This document shows positions 9,635-19,278 of a stretch of DNA of 64,000 nt, piece by piece. This DNA comes from Gemmatimonadales bacterium (lineage in GTDB: Bacteria > Gemmatimonadota > Gemmatimonadetes > Gemmatimonadales > GWC2-71-9). The stretch covers positions 67,375 to 131,374 of the forward strand of contig DASUJH010000024.1 in the NCBI GenBank assembly GCA_036279355.1, in the 5' to 3' direction. The notes under the pieces were generated by a model. The model ran no database searches, had not been told where the DNA came from, and saw nothing but the letters and a program-made list of their open reading frames with translations. Numbering within the stretch: the first letter of the stretch is position 1; the number at the start of each line of letters is the position of its first letter. The position numbers and the translations under genes were made by a program.

Positions 9635-9654
9635 GACGTGCAGCCGTGGCCCTG

Positions 9655-10128
9655 CTACGCGAGCCCGTGGATCTGCGCCAGCAGCTCGGCGTCCTCCCGC
9701 CGCGTGCTCGGGGTGTCCTCCGCGTAGGTCCAGCGCACCATGCCATCGCGGTCGATCAGTACGTACGCGCGGTTGGAGAAGAAGGTGGACTCCATGAGGG
9801 TGCCGTAGCGCCGGCTCACCTCGCGCTTGAAGTCGCTCAGCAGCTCCACCGAAAACCGCTCCTTGGCCTTGAACTCCTTCAGCGTGGGGATGGAGTCGAC
9901 GCTGATCGGCAGCACCTCGGTGCGGGCATCGCGGAATTGCCCGTAATCGGCGGAGAGCTCGCAGACCTCCGCCGTGCAGGTGCTGGTGAACGCGAGGGGA
10001 AAGAACGCGAGCAACACGTTCTTGCCACGGAGAGCGGAGAGCGTGACGTTCTGCCCCGACGTGGACGGAAGCGTGAAGTCGGGCGCGGGCGTGCCCACGG
10101 CGGGCAGCGTCGAGGGAGACCCGCTCAC
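9655..10128 (-). CDS. AhpC/TSA-family peroxiredoxin (AhpE/BCP-like)
   Basis: [41 protein letters not shown]; GTG start at 10128 overlaps the sod stop. Confidence 0.88.
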   Translation of the reverse strand: MSGSPSTLPAVGTPAPDFTLPSTSGQNVTLSALRGKNVLLAFFPLAFTSTCTAEVCELSADYGQFRDARTEVLPISVDSIPTLKEFKAKERFSVELLSDFKREVSRRYGTLMESTFFSNRAYVLIDRDGMVRWTYAEDTPSTRREDAELLAQIHGLA

Positions 10129-10739
10129 TTGCGGGCCTGGTCGTAGCGCTTCGCCACCTCGGTCCAGTTGAGCACGTTCCACCACGCCGCGACGTAGTCC
10201 GGCCGCCGGTTCTGATACTTGAGGTAGTACGCATGCTCCCAGACGTCGCACCCCATGACCGGCGTCTTGCCATCCATGACGGGGCTGTCCTGGTTCGCAG
10301 TGCTCTCGATCGCGAGCGTACCCGATCGGTCCATGGTGAGCCAGCCCCACCCGCTGCCGAACCGCCCGCCGCACGCCTTGGCGAACTGTTCCTTGAACTT
10401 GGCGAACCCGCCGAACGTCTTGTCGATTGCCGCCGCGAGCGGACCGCCCGGCTCCTTGGCACCGCCCGGGCGCATGATCTCCCAGAACATCGTGTGGTTG
10501 GCGTCGCCGCCGCCGTTGTTGCGTACGGCCGTGCGAATGGATTCCGGCACCGCGCCGAGATTGCCGATCAGCTCCATGAGCGACTTGCCCTGAAGCGAGG
10601 GCTGCCCCTCGAGCGCCGCGTTGAGGTTGTTGACGTACGCCGCGTGATGCTTGTCGTGATGGAGCCGCATCGTCTCTTCATCGATGTACGGCTCCAGGGC
10701 GTTGTAGGCGTAGGGGAGTGGGGGAAGGGTAAAGGCCAT
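10125..10739 (-). CDS. sodA: Fe/Mn superoxide dismutase
   Basis: [70 protein letters not shown]. Metal specificity is not assigned. Confidence 0.95.
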   Translation of the reverse strand: MAFTLPPLPYAYNALEPYIDEETMRLHHDKHHAAYVNNLNAALEGQPSLQGKSLMELIGNLGAVPESIRTAVRNNGGGDANHTMFWEIMRPGGAKEPGGPLAAAIDKTFGGFAKFKEQFAKACGGRFGSGWGWLTMDRSGTLAIESTANQDSPVMDGKTPVMGCDVWEHAYYLKYQNRRPDYVAAWWNVLNWTEVAKRYDQARK

Positions 10740-10824
10740 GGCTGCGCTACCTCGAGTGATGGCTCGGCTACCGAGTGAGTAAACCCTTGTCGAGCCGCAA
10801 ATATGTGACTGGCCATGGATGGGG

Positions 10825-11973
10825 TCAACGCGCGCGCGCCGTGCGCGCCGTCGGGTCACGCGCGCTCCGCATTGCAGCGCACGCGAGCCCCGCCGCGGCC
10901 AGCACCGTGTAGACGACCTGAGTGCGAAGCCCGGCCTCGAGCGCGAGCAGCATGCCCCACCCCGCGGCGAGCGTCACTGCAATGCGTGCCGCGCGAGCGG
11001 CGGCACCCGGGTGCGCACGCAGGCCGGCGACTCCGTTGCGGCCGAGGCGCACTCCCCGCTCATCCAATCCCACTGCCGTCGACGCGCCGACGAGTAGCGC
11101 GGCCGCGGGCGTGCTGCCGGGCACGAGGCTCGCGAGGGCAAGCAGCGCGAGGCCGGCGAGCGCCTCGCATCGCCGGCGGGTCGCCGCAGCGTGCCAGATG
11201 CCGAGCATCGCGAGCGGTGCCGTGAGCGGCTGCCAATGCTCAAGTCCCGCGGGCACGGCGCGCATGCCGACCCGCACCCACACCACGACCGCGGCCGGCG
11301 CCACCACGGCGCCGGGCACGAGCTCATGCACCGGCCAGAGGCCCAGCGAAAGCCACACGGCGAGCGCGAGCGGAAGCGCAATCAGCACCTCGGCCGCGTC
11401 GCTGAACGGCGCATTGGCAAGTGTCGAGATGCGCAGGCCGACGGGGCCCGCGATGGTCGTCATGAGATGATGGAGGGGACCGAGGAGCACGGTGATGACA
11501 AGCGCGGGTGCCAACGCGCGGGCGACGCCGCGGTGTCCGTCAAGCCACCACCCGCCCGCCGCCGCCGCGACGACGAGCCCGGCGAACACGAGACTCACGC
11601 GCCCGGCGAACACGGTAGCGAGCGTGCCGAGCAGGGCCGCCGCGAGCGGCGCGAGGCGGACTTGGCCCGCGCCGAGGCCCGCGCTAGCCGCCGTCTCGCC
11701 CTTCTTCTCGGAGGCCTCGATTCCGCCGCGCCCCGCGAGCCGGATCGCGGCGATCGCGAGGGCGACACCCACAAGCAACAGCCCGCCATCGACGACCACG
11801 CCTGCACGCCCGACCGCGACGCCGCCCGCGCCCGCCGCCACCTTGAACGCCGCCACGCCGAGCGCGAACGGCACCAGCGCGGCGGCCGCCCACCGCCGGG
11901 CCGCGCGCGGCTCGAGCAGGGCGGCCTCGACCACGAGGAGCGCGTACATAACGAGAAAGATCTTGATCGACAA
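10825..11973 (-). CDS. Polytopic membrane protein of unknown function
   Basis: Many hydrophobic segments; plausible TTG start at 11973 preceded by GGAGAGG. Confidence 0.5.
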   Translation of the reverse strand: MSIKIFLVMYALLVVEAALLEPRAARRWAAAALVPFALGVAAFKVAAGAGGVAVGRAGVVVDGGLLLVGVALAIAAIRLAGRGGIEASEKKGETAASAGLGAGQVRLAPLAAALLGTLATVFAGRVSLVFAGLVVAAAAGGWWLDGHRGVARALAPALVITVLLGPLHHLMTTIAGPVGLRISTLANAPFSDAAEVLIALPLALAVWLSLGLWPVHELVPGAVVAPAAVVVWVRVGMRAVPAGLEHWQPLTAPLAMLGIWHAAATRRRCEALAGLALLALASLVPGSTPAAALLVGASTAVGLDERGVRLGRNGVAGLRAHPGAAARAARIAVTLAAGWGMLLALEAGLRTQVVYTVLAAAGLACAAMRSARDPTARTARAR

Positions 11974-12248
11974 CGGCTTGACCTCTCCTGCCCCGGCCGG
12001 GTGGAGGGGGACTCCCGCGGGGACGACCGCCCGCTGATTATTATGGATCACATTTTGCCAGATGCCCGCGCGAGACGCACTTGGAGCCGAGCCCGCCGGC
12101 GGCGGTTCGGGGGTATTCCGCAACCTGCCGGGGAATCTGCAACGAGCGACGCGTCTCGTCGGCCGAACCACCCACCAGCGAAACCAAGGACCCGCGCACC
12201 GTGACCGCAGCGCTCGAACCTGCCTCGACGCCGGCTGAGGAGCCGGCC

Positions 12249-13301
12249 ATGCTGCCGGACCTGGGCAGCCGGATCAACGGACGGAAGCGGACCTGGCGCC
12301 CCGCCAGCGAGATCGCCGTCGATCTGGGCACCGCCAACACCCTCGTCTTCGTGAAGGGCGAGGGCGTCGTGTTGAACGAGCCCTCGGTGGCCGCCGTCGA
12401 TCAGGCCACCGGCGAGATCAAGGGCATCGGGCTCGAGGCCAAGCGGATGCTCGGCCGCACACCAGAAGGCATTCTCGCCGTGCGGCCGATGAAGGACGGC
12501 GTCATCGCCAACTTCGACGTCGCCGAGAAGATGCTCCGCCACTTTCTCCGCCAGGTGCTCGACCGGCGAATCCTTCGCGTCAAGCCTACCGTCATCGTCT
12601 GCGTCCCCTCGGGCATCACCGAAGTCGAGCGCCGCGCGGTGCGCGACTCGGCCCAGTCGGCGGGCGTCAAGCGCCTGCTCATGGTGGCCGAACCGATGGC
12701 GGCCGCGATCGGCATTGGGCTCCCGGTGGAAACGCCCACCGGCAATATGGTGATCGACATCGGCGGCGGCACCACCAACATCGCCGTGATCGCGCTCTCA
12801 GGAATCGTGTGCGACGCCTCGATTCGCACCGGCGGCGACGAGCTGGATCAGGCCATCGTGCAGTTCATGCGCAAGAACTACAGCCTGCTGGTGGGCGAGC
12901 CCACCGCCGAAGCAGTGAAGATCCAGATCGGCTCCGCGGCTCCGCTCGAGCCCGAACGAGAGATGGAGGTCAAGGGCCGCGATCTCATCTCGGGCCTGCC
13001 CAAGATCGTGCGGGTGGATTCGGCCGGCATCCGCGATGCGATTCAGGAGCCGATCTCCCGCATCGTGAACGCGGTGCGCCGTGCACTCGAGATGACCCCG
13101 CCCGAGCTCGCGAGCGACATCCTCGACCACGGCATCGTGCTCACTGGCGGCGGCGCGCTCATCCGCGGTCTCGACACCCTGCTCGGCGACGAAACCGGGC
13201 TCCAGGTGCGGCGCGACCCCGACCCGCTCACCTGCGTCGTGCGCGGCACCGGCCGCATCCTCGACGATTTCGCCCGCTACGAGAGCGTGCTCACCACCTG
13301 A
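12249..13301 (+). CDS. mreB: Rod shape-determining protein MreB
   Basis: EIAVDLGTANTLVFVKGEGVVLNEPSVAAV, VIDIGGGTTNIAVIALSGIV, GIVLTGGGALIRGLDTLL. Confidence 0.95.
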   Translation: MLPDLGSRINGRKRTWRPASEIAVDLGTANTLVFVKGEGVVLNEPSVAAVDQATGEIKGIGLEAKRMLGRTPEGILAVRPMKDGVIANFDVAEKMLRHFLRQVLDRRILRVKPTVIVCVPSGITEVERRAVRDSAQSAGVKRLLMVAEPMAAAIGIGLPVETPTGNMVIDIGGGTTNIAVIALSGIVCDASIRTGGDELDQAIVQFMRKNYSLLVGEPTAEAVKIQIGSAAPLEPEREMEVKGRDLISGLPKIVRVDSAGIRDAIQEPISRIVNAVRRALEMTPPELASDILDHGIVLTGGGALIRGLDTLLGDETGLQVRRDPDPLTCVVRGTGRILDDFARYESVLTT

Positions 13302-14139
13302 TCCGATCGACAACCGCGTCCGCTGCACCGGCCCCCGTCTCTCCATCGAGGCGGGGGCTTTGCATTGCGCTCGCGACGTCCCGTCGCGCGCACCGCCGCA
13401 CGCGCGCGAGCTCGAGGCCGGCTCGCAGCATCGCGAGCGGGCCGAGCTTGGAGCCGCCCATGTGGGTCCACTGCTCGAGCGGTACTTCCGCCACCAGCCG
13501 CTCGAGCGGCGGCGCACCGAGCCGCCGGGCCGCCTCGGCAAGGCGTGCCAACAGTTCTACATCAAAGGCCCACCGGAAGCGGAACGGCACCGCGAACGCG
13601 AGCCGCACGAGCGGGGTCACGCGGAAGAGTTTTGCGCCGCATTGGGTATCGTAGACCGGCGCGGCCAGCGCCAGGGCGGCGGCCGTCGCGAAGAGGCGGC
13701 CGAGATAGTGGCGGGCCCCGGTTCGCTCGATCTTCCGACCGAGCAGCTTCACGCGGGCTCCGGTGACGGCCACGATGGTCGGCCGCGCGTCGAAGACCTC
13801 GGCCATGCGCGGGATCTCGTCGAGCGGGGTGGCCAGGTCGGCATCCCAGTAGCCCACGAGCGGCGCGCCGCTGTCGATCGCGGCCAGTACGCCCGCGCGC
13901 ACTGCGGCCGCCTTGCCCTGATTGGTCGGCAACGCGAGCACGCCGACCCTGTTGGGGCAGCGCGCGACCAGGGCGTCGAGCGCGGCGCGCGTCGCGTCGG
14001 TGCTGCCGTCGTCCACCAGTAGCAGCCGCACGCCGTGCGCGCCGCCGGCGAACGCGGCGATCCGCGATGCATCGAGCCGCGCCGCCTCGTTGTAGCAGGG
14101 CAGCACGACCGTCGTCGGCTCGGCGCGCTCGGATGCCAT
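13291..14139 (-). CDS. Family 2 glycosyltransferase (dolichyl-phosphate-sugar synthase-like)
   Basis: VVLPCYNEAARLD, LLLVDDGSTDATRAAL, GYWDADLATPLDEI. Confidence 0.88.
   Translation of the reverse strand: MASERAEPTTVVLPCYNEAARLDASRIAAFAGGAHGVRLLLVDDGSTDATRAALDALVARCPNRVGVLALPTNQGKAAAVRAGVLAAIDSGAPLVGYWDADLATPLDEIPRMAEVFDARPTIVAVTGARVKLLGRKIERTGARHYLGRLFATAAALALAAPVYDTQCGAKLFRVTPLVRLAFAVPFRFRWAFDVELLARLAEAARRLGAPPLERLVAEVPLEQWTHMGGSKLGPLAMLRAGLELARVRRCARRDVASAMQSPRLDGETGAGAADAVVDRIRW
13331..13362 (+). terminator. Candidate rho-independent terminator for mreB, lying inside the 3' end of the convergent glycosyltransferase gene
   Basis: GCCCCCG ... CGGGGGC stem (13331-13337 / 13352-13358) followed by TTTG. 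Confidence 0.5.
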
Positions 14140-14151
14140 GGGCCTCTCCGA

Positions 14152-14508
14152 TCAGTGTTCGGCGTGATGCGCGCCGATGGCCTGGCGCTCGGCGGCAATG
14201 ACGCGATGGGGAATGCCGACCTCGGTGAGATGCGCCGCGACCTCGAGCGCGCCGGGCGCCGCCCCCGCCTCCGATCGAAGCACCCGCACCACGCTGCCCC
14301 GGATCGGCAACGTTTCGCCGCGCGCGAGACACAGGATGCCCTCGAGCTTTCTGCCGACCGCCGGCGCGGGGCCGCGGCCTTGTCGATAGCGGACGCCGCG
14401 CTCGGAAAGGTCGACCACTTCGAATTCGTCGTCGTCAAGGATCAGTCGGGGTCGTGCGTCATCGGGATAGCGGAGCCGGACGTGCATCCGGGCATGTTCG
14501 GCATGCAT
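14152..14508 (-). CDS. PilZ-domain protein
   Basis: RPRLILDDDEFEVVDLSERGVRYRQ and EGILCLARGETLPIRGSVVRV resemble the PilZ pattern. Confidence 0.6.
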   Translation of the reverse strand: MHAEHARMHVRLRYPDDARPRLILDDDEFEVVDLSERGVRYRQGRGPAPAVGRKLEGILCLARGETLPIRGSVVRVLRSEAGAAPGALEVAAHLTEVGIPHRVIAAERQAIGAHHAEH

Positions 14509-14549
14509 GGCGGTGGAGTCTCCCCGCGATGCGGCCGTCCCGCATCACG

Positions 14550-14840
14550 TCATCGGGGATGCTTGGATTCGCAACCGGCCAGCTCCGGGTGGCCGGCGCA
14601 GGCCTCGTCGCTCACTGCGGGGTGCGCCACGGGAGAGGTGCCGGGCGCGGGCGCCACCGCGGGGACGCCGGCCGCCGGGGCGAGTCGATCGCCCATCCGG
14701 CCGTATTCGCCCCGGAGCTGGTCGCCGAGCAGCACCAGCGTGAGCAGAAGCCCGCCGGCGACGAACATGAGCAGCAATGCGTACTCGACGAGCGCCTGGC
14801 CGGAATCCCGACGTCGCGGCGCGGGGAGTCGTGACCACAT
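14550..14840 (-). CDS. Flp/TadE-type small membrane (pilin-like) protein
   Basis: RRDSGQALVEYALLLMFVAGGLLLTLVLLGDQL resembles class IVb Flp/TadE N-termini. Confidence 0.55.
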   Translation of the reverse strand: MWSRLPAPRRRDSGQALVEYALLLMFVAGGLLLTLVLLGDQLRGEYGRMGDRLAPAAGVPAVAPAPGTSPVAHPAVSDEACAGHPELAGCESKHPR

Positions 14841-14874
14841 GATTCCTCCGCCGGGCTCAGGGTGAGGGCGCAAC

Positions 14875-15561
14875 CTAAAGGTAAGAAGCGCCTGACGATG
14901 TGGAAGTGCTGGCGAGCACCGCGTGCTCGATCCCGGCGGCGAGCTGGGGCCAGCGCAGTGGCTCAACGAGCGGAAGCAGCGGCGCCGTAGGGATCGGGCG
15001 GCCGCCTGGCGGAAGGCCATCGCGAGCAGGGCAGACGCGCAGTACCGGGAGCGCAGGCCGAGCCACGCGGAGCCGGCGGACGAGCTCCGGGGTAGTGAGG
15101 TCGGGCAGCCGTGCCGCAGCGATCACCAAATCGAACGAGCCCCCCCGACTCGCGGCGATCTTGAGCGCATCGAGCGCCATGCGCCCGTCGCCCACCGGAA
15201 GCACCGCCATTCGGGCGCGCTGGAGAAGGCGCGTGAGCGCCCGCCGCGTGCGTGCGTCGGGCTCGACCAGCAGAATGTTGAGGCGGCGCCGCCCCGACGG
15301 GGCCACCGGCGGAAACCAGGGGCGCGGTTCCGAGTCGGCTTCCTTCGGTGTCACCCTGAGTCGCACCCGGACGGCATCCCGCCAGGGGGACTCGACCCAC
15401 ACGCGCTCCCGCCACCGCGCGGCTTCGCGCATGAGGACTGGCACCTCCGCCAGACAGCGCGCCAGCTGCCGCTGTGTCGCAGCCCAGCCACCCCGAACGT
15501 GCTCGGCGGCGCGCTCGGCGCGGGTCAGGCGATGCCGGGTCGGCGGTGGGATCATGATCAT
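14875..15561 (-). CDS. Receiver-like domain protein with degenerate phosphoacceptor position
   Basis: LNILLVEPDARTRRALTRLLQRARMAVLPVGDG...FDLVIAAARLPDLTTPELVRRLR. Start uncertain (15609 or 15561). Confidence 0.6.
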   Translation of the reverse strand: MIMIPPPTRHRLTRAERAAEHVRGGWAATQRQLARCLAEVPVLMREAARWRERVWVESPWRDAVRVRLRVTPKEADSEPRPWFPPVAPSGRRRLNILLVEPDARTRRALTRLLQRARMAVLPVGDGRMALDALKIAASRGGSFDLVIAAARLPDLTTPELVRRLRVARPALPVLRVCPARDGLPPGGRPIPTAPLLPLVEPLRWPQLAAGIEHAVLASTSTSSGASYL

Positions 15562-15659
15562 CCCCGAAGTCTGCGCATGGAAGGGCCCCGCGGACGTGAC
15601 CGGAGTCACAGCCGCGTGCGGATTGGAGCGGGGCGCCTGCCGTGCGCCGTCCGTTCAGT

Positions 15660-15938
15660 CTAGGGGTGTATCGCGCCTGTCGTGGCCGGCGCCACGGTTG
15701 GACGACCGGAGTGCAGGGCGTAGACGCCGACCAGAAGCACCACGACCAGGAGGGTTGCGGCGATGACGATGGCGAGCCCATAGGTGCGGGCGGCCACCAG
15801 ACTCCCGCCGCAGAACTCGCACGCCAGGCGACCGCGTCGAACGGTGAGCCCGCAATGGGGACAGACCTGCTGCTGCATATGCCCTCTGGGCCGCGGCGCG
15901 CCGCCGGGCGGCGGAACGACGGAGCCTCGTTGCGTCAT
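15660..15938 (-). CDS. Small zinc-ribbon membrane protein
   Basis: CPHCGLTVRRGRLACEFCGG followed by one TM helix. Start uncertain (15965 possible). Confidence 0.5.
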   Translation of the reverse strand: MTQRGSVVPPPGGAPRPRGHMQQQVCPHCGLTVRRGRLACEFCGGSLVAARTYGLAIVIAATLLVVVLLVGVYALHSGRPTVAPATTGAIHP

Positions 15939-16008
15939 TTCCGGGGTACTCGATCCGGCGTCCACAACCTATCGTCGACGCGCGCCGCTGCCAAGATGGA
16001 CCGGCGAA

Positions 16009-16081
16009 TGGAGCGGACCGGGATCGAACCGGCGACCCCCTGCTTGCAAAGCAGGTGCTCTCCCAGCTGAGCTACCGCCCC
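16009..16081 (-). tRNA. tRNA-Ala (anticodon TGC)
   Basis: Reverse strand GGGGCGGTAGCTCAGCTGGGAGAGCACCTGCTTTGCAAGCAGGGGGTCGCCGGTTCGATCCCGGTCCGCTCCA folds as a canonical cloverleaf; CCA not encoded. Confidence 0.96.
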
Positions 16082-16131
16082 GAACGCACCGAAGATAACG
16101 TGCCGCGCCCGGCTCCGAAAACCGCGCCAGC

Positions 16132-16515
16132 TCACTTGGCTCGTCGGAGCCGGCGTGTCGTCCGCCGGATCTGCCCTCGCACCTCCGCGCAGCTCATCGC
16201 GCCCGGCTGCTGCTGGGTGGCCGCCCCTTGATCGCTCGCCTCGGTGACCAGCTTGACCAGTCTGCTCCTCTGCGCGCCTTGCATCTGCTTTCGATCCATG
16301 AGGTCGCGGAAGGCGTGGAGCACCGGCGTCGGATCGAGCAGGCAGGCCTGCGCCATGCCCGTGGTGAGCCCGCTGAGCTTTGCCGCGGCGCGGAGCGATT
16401 CGGATTGCGCGGCGAGAGGCGTGGGGCCGAGCGCGACCCCAAGCATGAGCGACGGCAGCATTGCCATGAATCCATTGAACGGCCCACGCCGCCATCCAGC
16501 GGCTCGCGCGCGCAT
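16132..16515 (-). CDS. Secreted hypothetical protein
   Basis: Signal-like FMAMLPSLMLGVALGPTPLAAQ; directly downstream of hemF. Confidence 0.45.
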   Translation of the reverse strand: MRARAAGWRRGPFNGFMAMLPSLMLGVALGPTPLAAQSESLRAAAKLSGLTTGMAQACLLDPTPVLHAFRDLMDRKQMQGAQRSRLVKLVTEASDQGAATQQQPGAMSCAEVRGQIRRTTRRLRRAK

Positions 16516-17471
16516 CAGACCCAGTCCCGCGGCTCGAGCATCGCCATCAGCTCCGCCTCGAACGAGCCCGGTGCGAACTGCGGGGCGTACGGCCAGCTCG
16601 CGAGCGGCGGGAGGCTCATCAGCACACTCTCGCTCCGCGCGTTGGTCTGCAGCCCAAAGTGCGTACCCCGGTCGTGCACCAGATTGAATTCCACGTAGCG
16701 GCCCCGGCGGAAAAGCTGAAATTGCCGCTCGCGCTCGCCCCACGACAGCGCGCGGCGAAGTTGGACGATTGGGGCGTACGCCTCCGGGAGCACGCGGCCC
16801 ACGTCACCCACGAAGTCGAAGAGCCGGTCGAGGTCGAGCCCCCCGTCGCCCGCATGCAAATTGTCGAAGAAGATCCCGCCGACCCCACGCCGCTCATCCC
16901 CGCGGTGCGCGTTCACGAAGTAGTGATCGCACCACTGCTTGAACCGGCGATAGTACGCGGGATGATGCCGAGCGCACGTATCACGCAGCACCCGATGGAA
17001 ATGAATGGCATCATCGGGGAATGGATACGTCGGCGTGAGGTCGGTGCCGCCGCCGAGCCAGGCGTCGAGCAATTCGCCGCCGGGGCTCGTGATCTCGAAG
17101 TAGCGCACGTTGAGGTGCACGGTCGGGACGAGCGGGCTCCGCGGGTGCACGACCAAGCTCATCCCCGTGACGAAAAACTGCGCCTGCACGCCAGCCGCCA
17201 ATTCGGGCGGCACCCGCGCGCCGAGCCGCTGGGCCAGACCCGGGGGCAGGTCACCATGCACGGCCGATCGATTGATGCCGGCCTTCTCGAACGTGGCTCC
17301 CTCGGCCATGACGCGGGCGACGCCGCCGCCTCCGCCGGGCCGCTCCCATCGATCTTCCTGGAACGCGCCACCGCCGTCGAGCTCGGCAAAGTGCGCAGTC
17401 GCGCCGTCGTGGAGGCGCGAGATCCACTGGGTGGCCTCCGCGCACCGGCTCCGCTCGGTCACGGGCGCCAT
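16515..17471 (-). CDS. hemF: Oxygen-dependent coproporphyrinogen III oxidase
   Basis: VHLNVRYFEI, GGGTDLTPTYPF, RGVGGIFFDNL, GRYVEFNLVHDRGTHFGL. Confidence 0.97.
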   Translation of the reverse strand: MAPVTERSRCAEATQWISRLHDGATAHFAELDGGGAFQEDRWERPGGGGGVARVMAEGATFEKAGINRSAVHGDLPPGLAQRLGARVPPELAAGVQAQFFVTGMSLVVHPRSPLVPTVHLNVRYFEITSPGGELLDAWLGGGTDLTPTYPFPDDAIHFHRVLRDTCARHHPAYYRRFKQWCDHYFVNAHRGDERRGVGGIFFDNLHAGDGGLDLDRLFDFVGDVGRVLPEAYAPIVQLRRALSWGERERQFQLFRRGRYVEFNLVHDRGTHFGLQTNARSESVLMSLPPLASWPYAPQFAPGSFEAELMAMLEPRDWV

Positions 17472-18508
17472 TCGCGCACCGCGTCGACGAAGGCCCTGGC
17501 GTGGGATACCGGCACGTCCGGCAGGATGCCATGGCCCAGGTTGGCGATGTGGCCGCGCCCGCCGAACGCGCGCAGCATGGCGCGGGTGCGCTCACGGATG
17601 ATGGACGGAGAGGCATAGAGCCAGCAGGGGTCGAGGTTGCCCTGCAATGCGACGCCGAGTGGGGCGGCCCGCCGCACGGCCCCGGCCGCGTCGGTGTGCC
17701 AATCCACTCCCAGCACATCAGCGCCGCTCGCCTCTGCGATCTCCTCGAGTGCCCACCCTGCCCCCGGCGCAAAGGCGATGACCGGTGCCCCCGCGGCGCG
17801 CGCGAGCCGCACCGCCTCGGCCAGATACGGCAGCGCGAAGGTACGGAAGTCGTCGGGTGCGAGCGCGCCGGCCCACGAATCGAAGACTTGCACGACCTGC
17901 GCACCCGCCGCCACCTGCGCCCGGAGGAACGCACCGACCGTGCGGCCGAGCCGGCCTAGCAGTTCGTGTGCGCGCGCGGGCTCCTCCAGCAGAAAGCGCT
18001 TCGCAAGCGCGAAGTTCTTCGAGGCGCCGCCTTCGATCATGTAGCTCGCGAGGGTCCACGGCGCGCCCGCGAATCCGATGAGCGGCACCCGCCCGTCGAG
18101 CTCACGGCGCGCGAGCCGAAGCGCCTCGAGCACGTAGTCCAGGTCATCCTCGGGTACCGCATCGCGCAGGCGATCGAAATCCACGGCCGACCTGAGGGGT
18201 TGGTGGAACCGTGGCCCCACTCCGTCGTCTACTGACAACTCCATCCCCATTGCCCGGGGCACGACGAGGATGTCGCTGAAGATGATGGCCGCGTCGACGC
18301 CGAGCGCGTCCACCGGCTGCAGGGTGATCTCGGCCGCCAGCTCCGGCGTACCGACCATCGTGAGGAAGTCCGCCTGCGCCCGCACCCGCCGGTATTGGGG
18401 GAGATAGCGGCCGGCCTGACGCATGAGCCAGACCGGCGGCCGCTCCACCGGTTCGCGGCGGCAGGCGCGGAGGAGCAGATCGTTGGTCGCGGCGGTCGTG
18501 GTGGTCAT
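17459..18508 (-). CDS. hemE: Uroporphyrinogen decarboxylase
   Basis: PPVWLMRQAGRYLPQYR, FSDILVVPRAMGM, GILPDVP. Confidence 0.97.
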   Translation of the reverse strand: MTTTTAATNDLLLRACRREPVERPPVWLMRQAGRYLPQYRRVRAQADFLTMVGTPELAAEITLQPVDALGVDAAIIFSDILVVPRAMGMELSVDDGVGPRFHQPLRSAVDFDRLRDAVPEDDLDYVLEALRLARRELDGRVPLIGFAGAPWTLASYMIEGGASKNFALAKRFLLEEPARAHELLGRLGRTVGAFLRAQVAAGAQVVQVFDSWAGALAPDDFRTFALPYLAEAVRLARAAGAPVIAFAPGAGWALEEIAEASGADVLGVDWHTDAAGAVRRAAPLGVALQGNLDPCWLYASPSIIRERTRAMLRAFGGRGHIANLGHGILPDVPVSHARAFVDAVREWRP

Positions 18509-19278
18509 CGAGCTTCGAAAAGCTTGAGAAGCGAACGCACGGCATCGGCCACCGATGCCGCGGTCACGTTCTGCGCGACGGCATCAGCGGGCCAGCCCGC
18601 GACTTCGGCCGCGGCGGCCGTGGTCGGGCCGATCGCGACGAGTCGGGGGCGTTCGGTTGCGTCGACCGTTCGCGCGAGCAACTGCGCCACGCGCGGACTC
18701 GAGACGACGAGCGCCGACGCGCCGCGCGCCGCGCGCCGTGCCATGCCGGGCTCGGCCAGCAGTGAGCGATAGCACACGATCTCGTCCACCGTGAGTCCCG
18801 CGGCGCGGAGGCCAGCCGGCAGCTCGTCGCGTCGCGCATCGCCGCAGAAGTAAAGGACCGGCGGACGCGTGCCCGCGGCCAGCATGGCGCGCGCGAGCGC
18901 GGCGCCTGCGGCCGTGTCGCCGCCGGCATCAGCGCCGAACCTTTTCTCCGGCCGACGCACCATGCCGAGCACGCTTCCGAGCGCAACCGCGGTGGCGGCA
19001 CCGGTGGCCCAGACCGGCACGGTCACGCGGCCCAGGGGCGCGGCCGCGGCACGGCATGCCACGGCGCTCGCCGCGCGCGGGGAGGTGAGGGCCACCGCAT
19101 GGTATGCCGCGAGCCGTGCGAGCGCACCATCGACGGACCTCCAATCGGGTGGCGGCGCGAAGCGGAGCAGCGGCATCGATCGGACCTCACAACCTTCGGC
19201 CTCAAGGAGCTCGCTCAGACCGGCGAAACCATCGGCGGCCAATGTGAGTGCGACTACCGGTCGAGCGGCGCGCATCAC
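18505..19278 (-). CDS. hemD: Uroporphyrinogen-III synthase
   Basis: AVALTSPRAASAVA, ALVVSSPRVAQLLA, VAIGPTTAAAA; genomic position between hemC and hemE. Confidence 0.85.
   Translation of the reverse strand: MMRAARPVVALTLAADGFAGLSELLEAEGCEVRSMPLLRFAPPPDWRSVDGALARLAAYHAVALTSPRAASAVACRAAAAPLGRVTVPVWATGAATAVALGSVLGMVRRPEKRFGADAGGDTAAGAALARAMLAAGTRPPVLYFCGDARRDELPAGLRAAGLTVDEIVCYRSLLAEPGMARRAARGASALVVSSPRVAQLLARTVDATERPRLVAIGPTTAAAAEVAGWPADAVAQNVTAASVADAVRSLLKLFEAR

Noticed and set aside
15935-16495. 186-aa minus-strand ORF spanning the tRNA region
   Set aside because: Overlaps the tRNA-Ala gene and the exported protein; no domain evidence.
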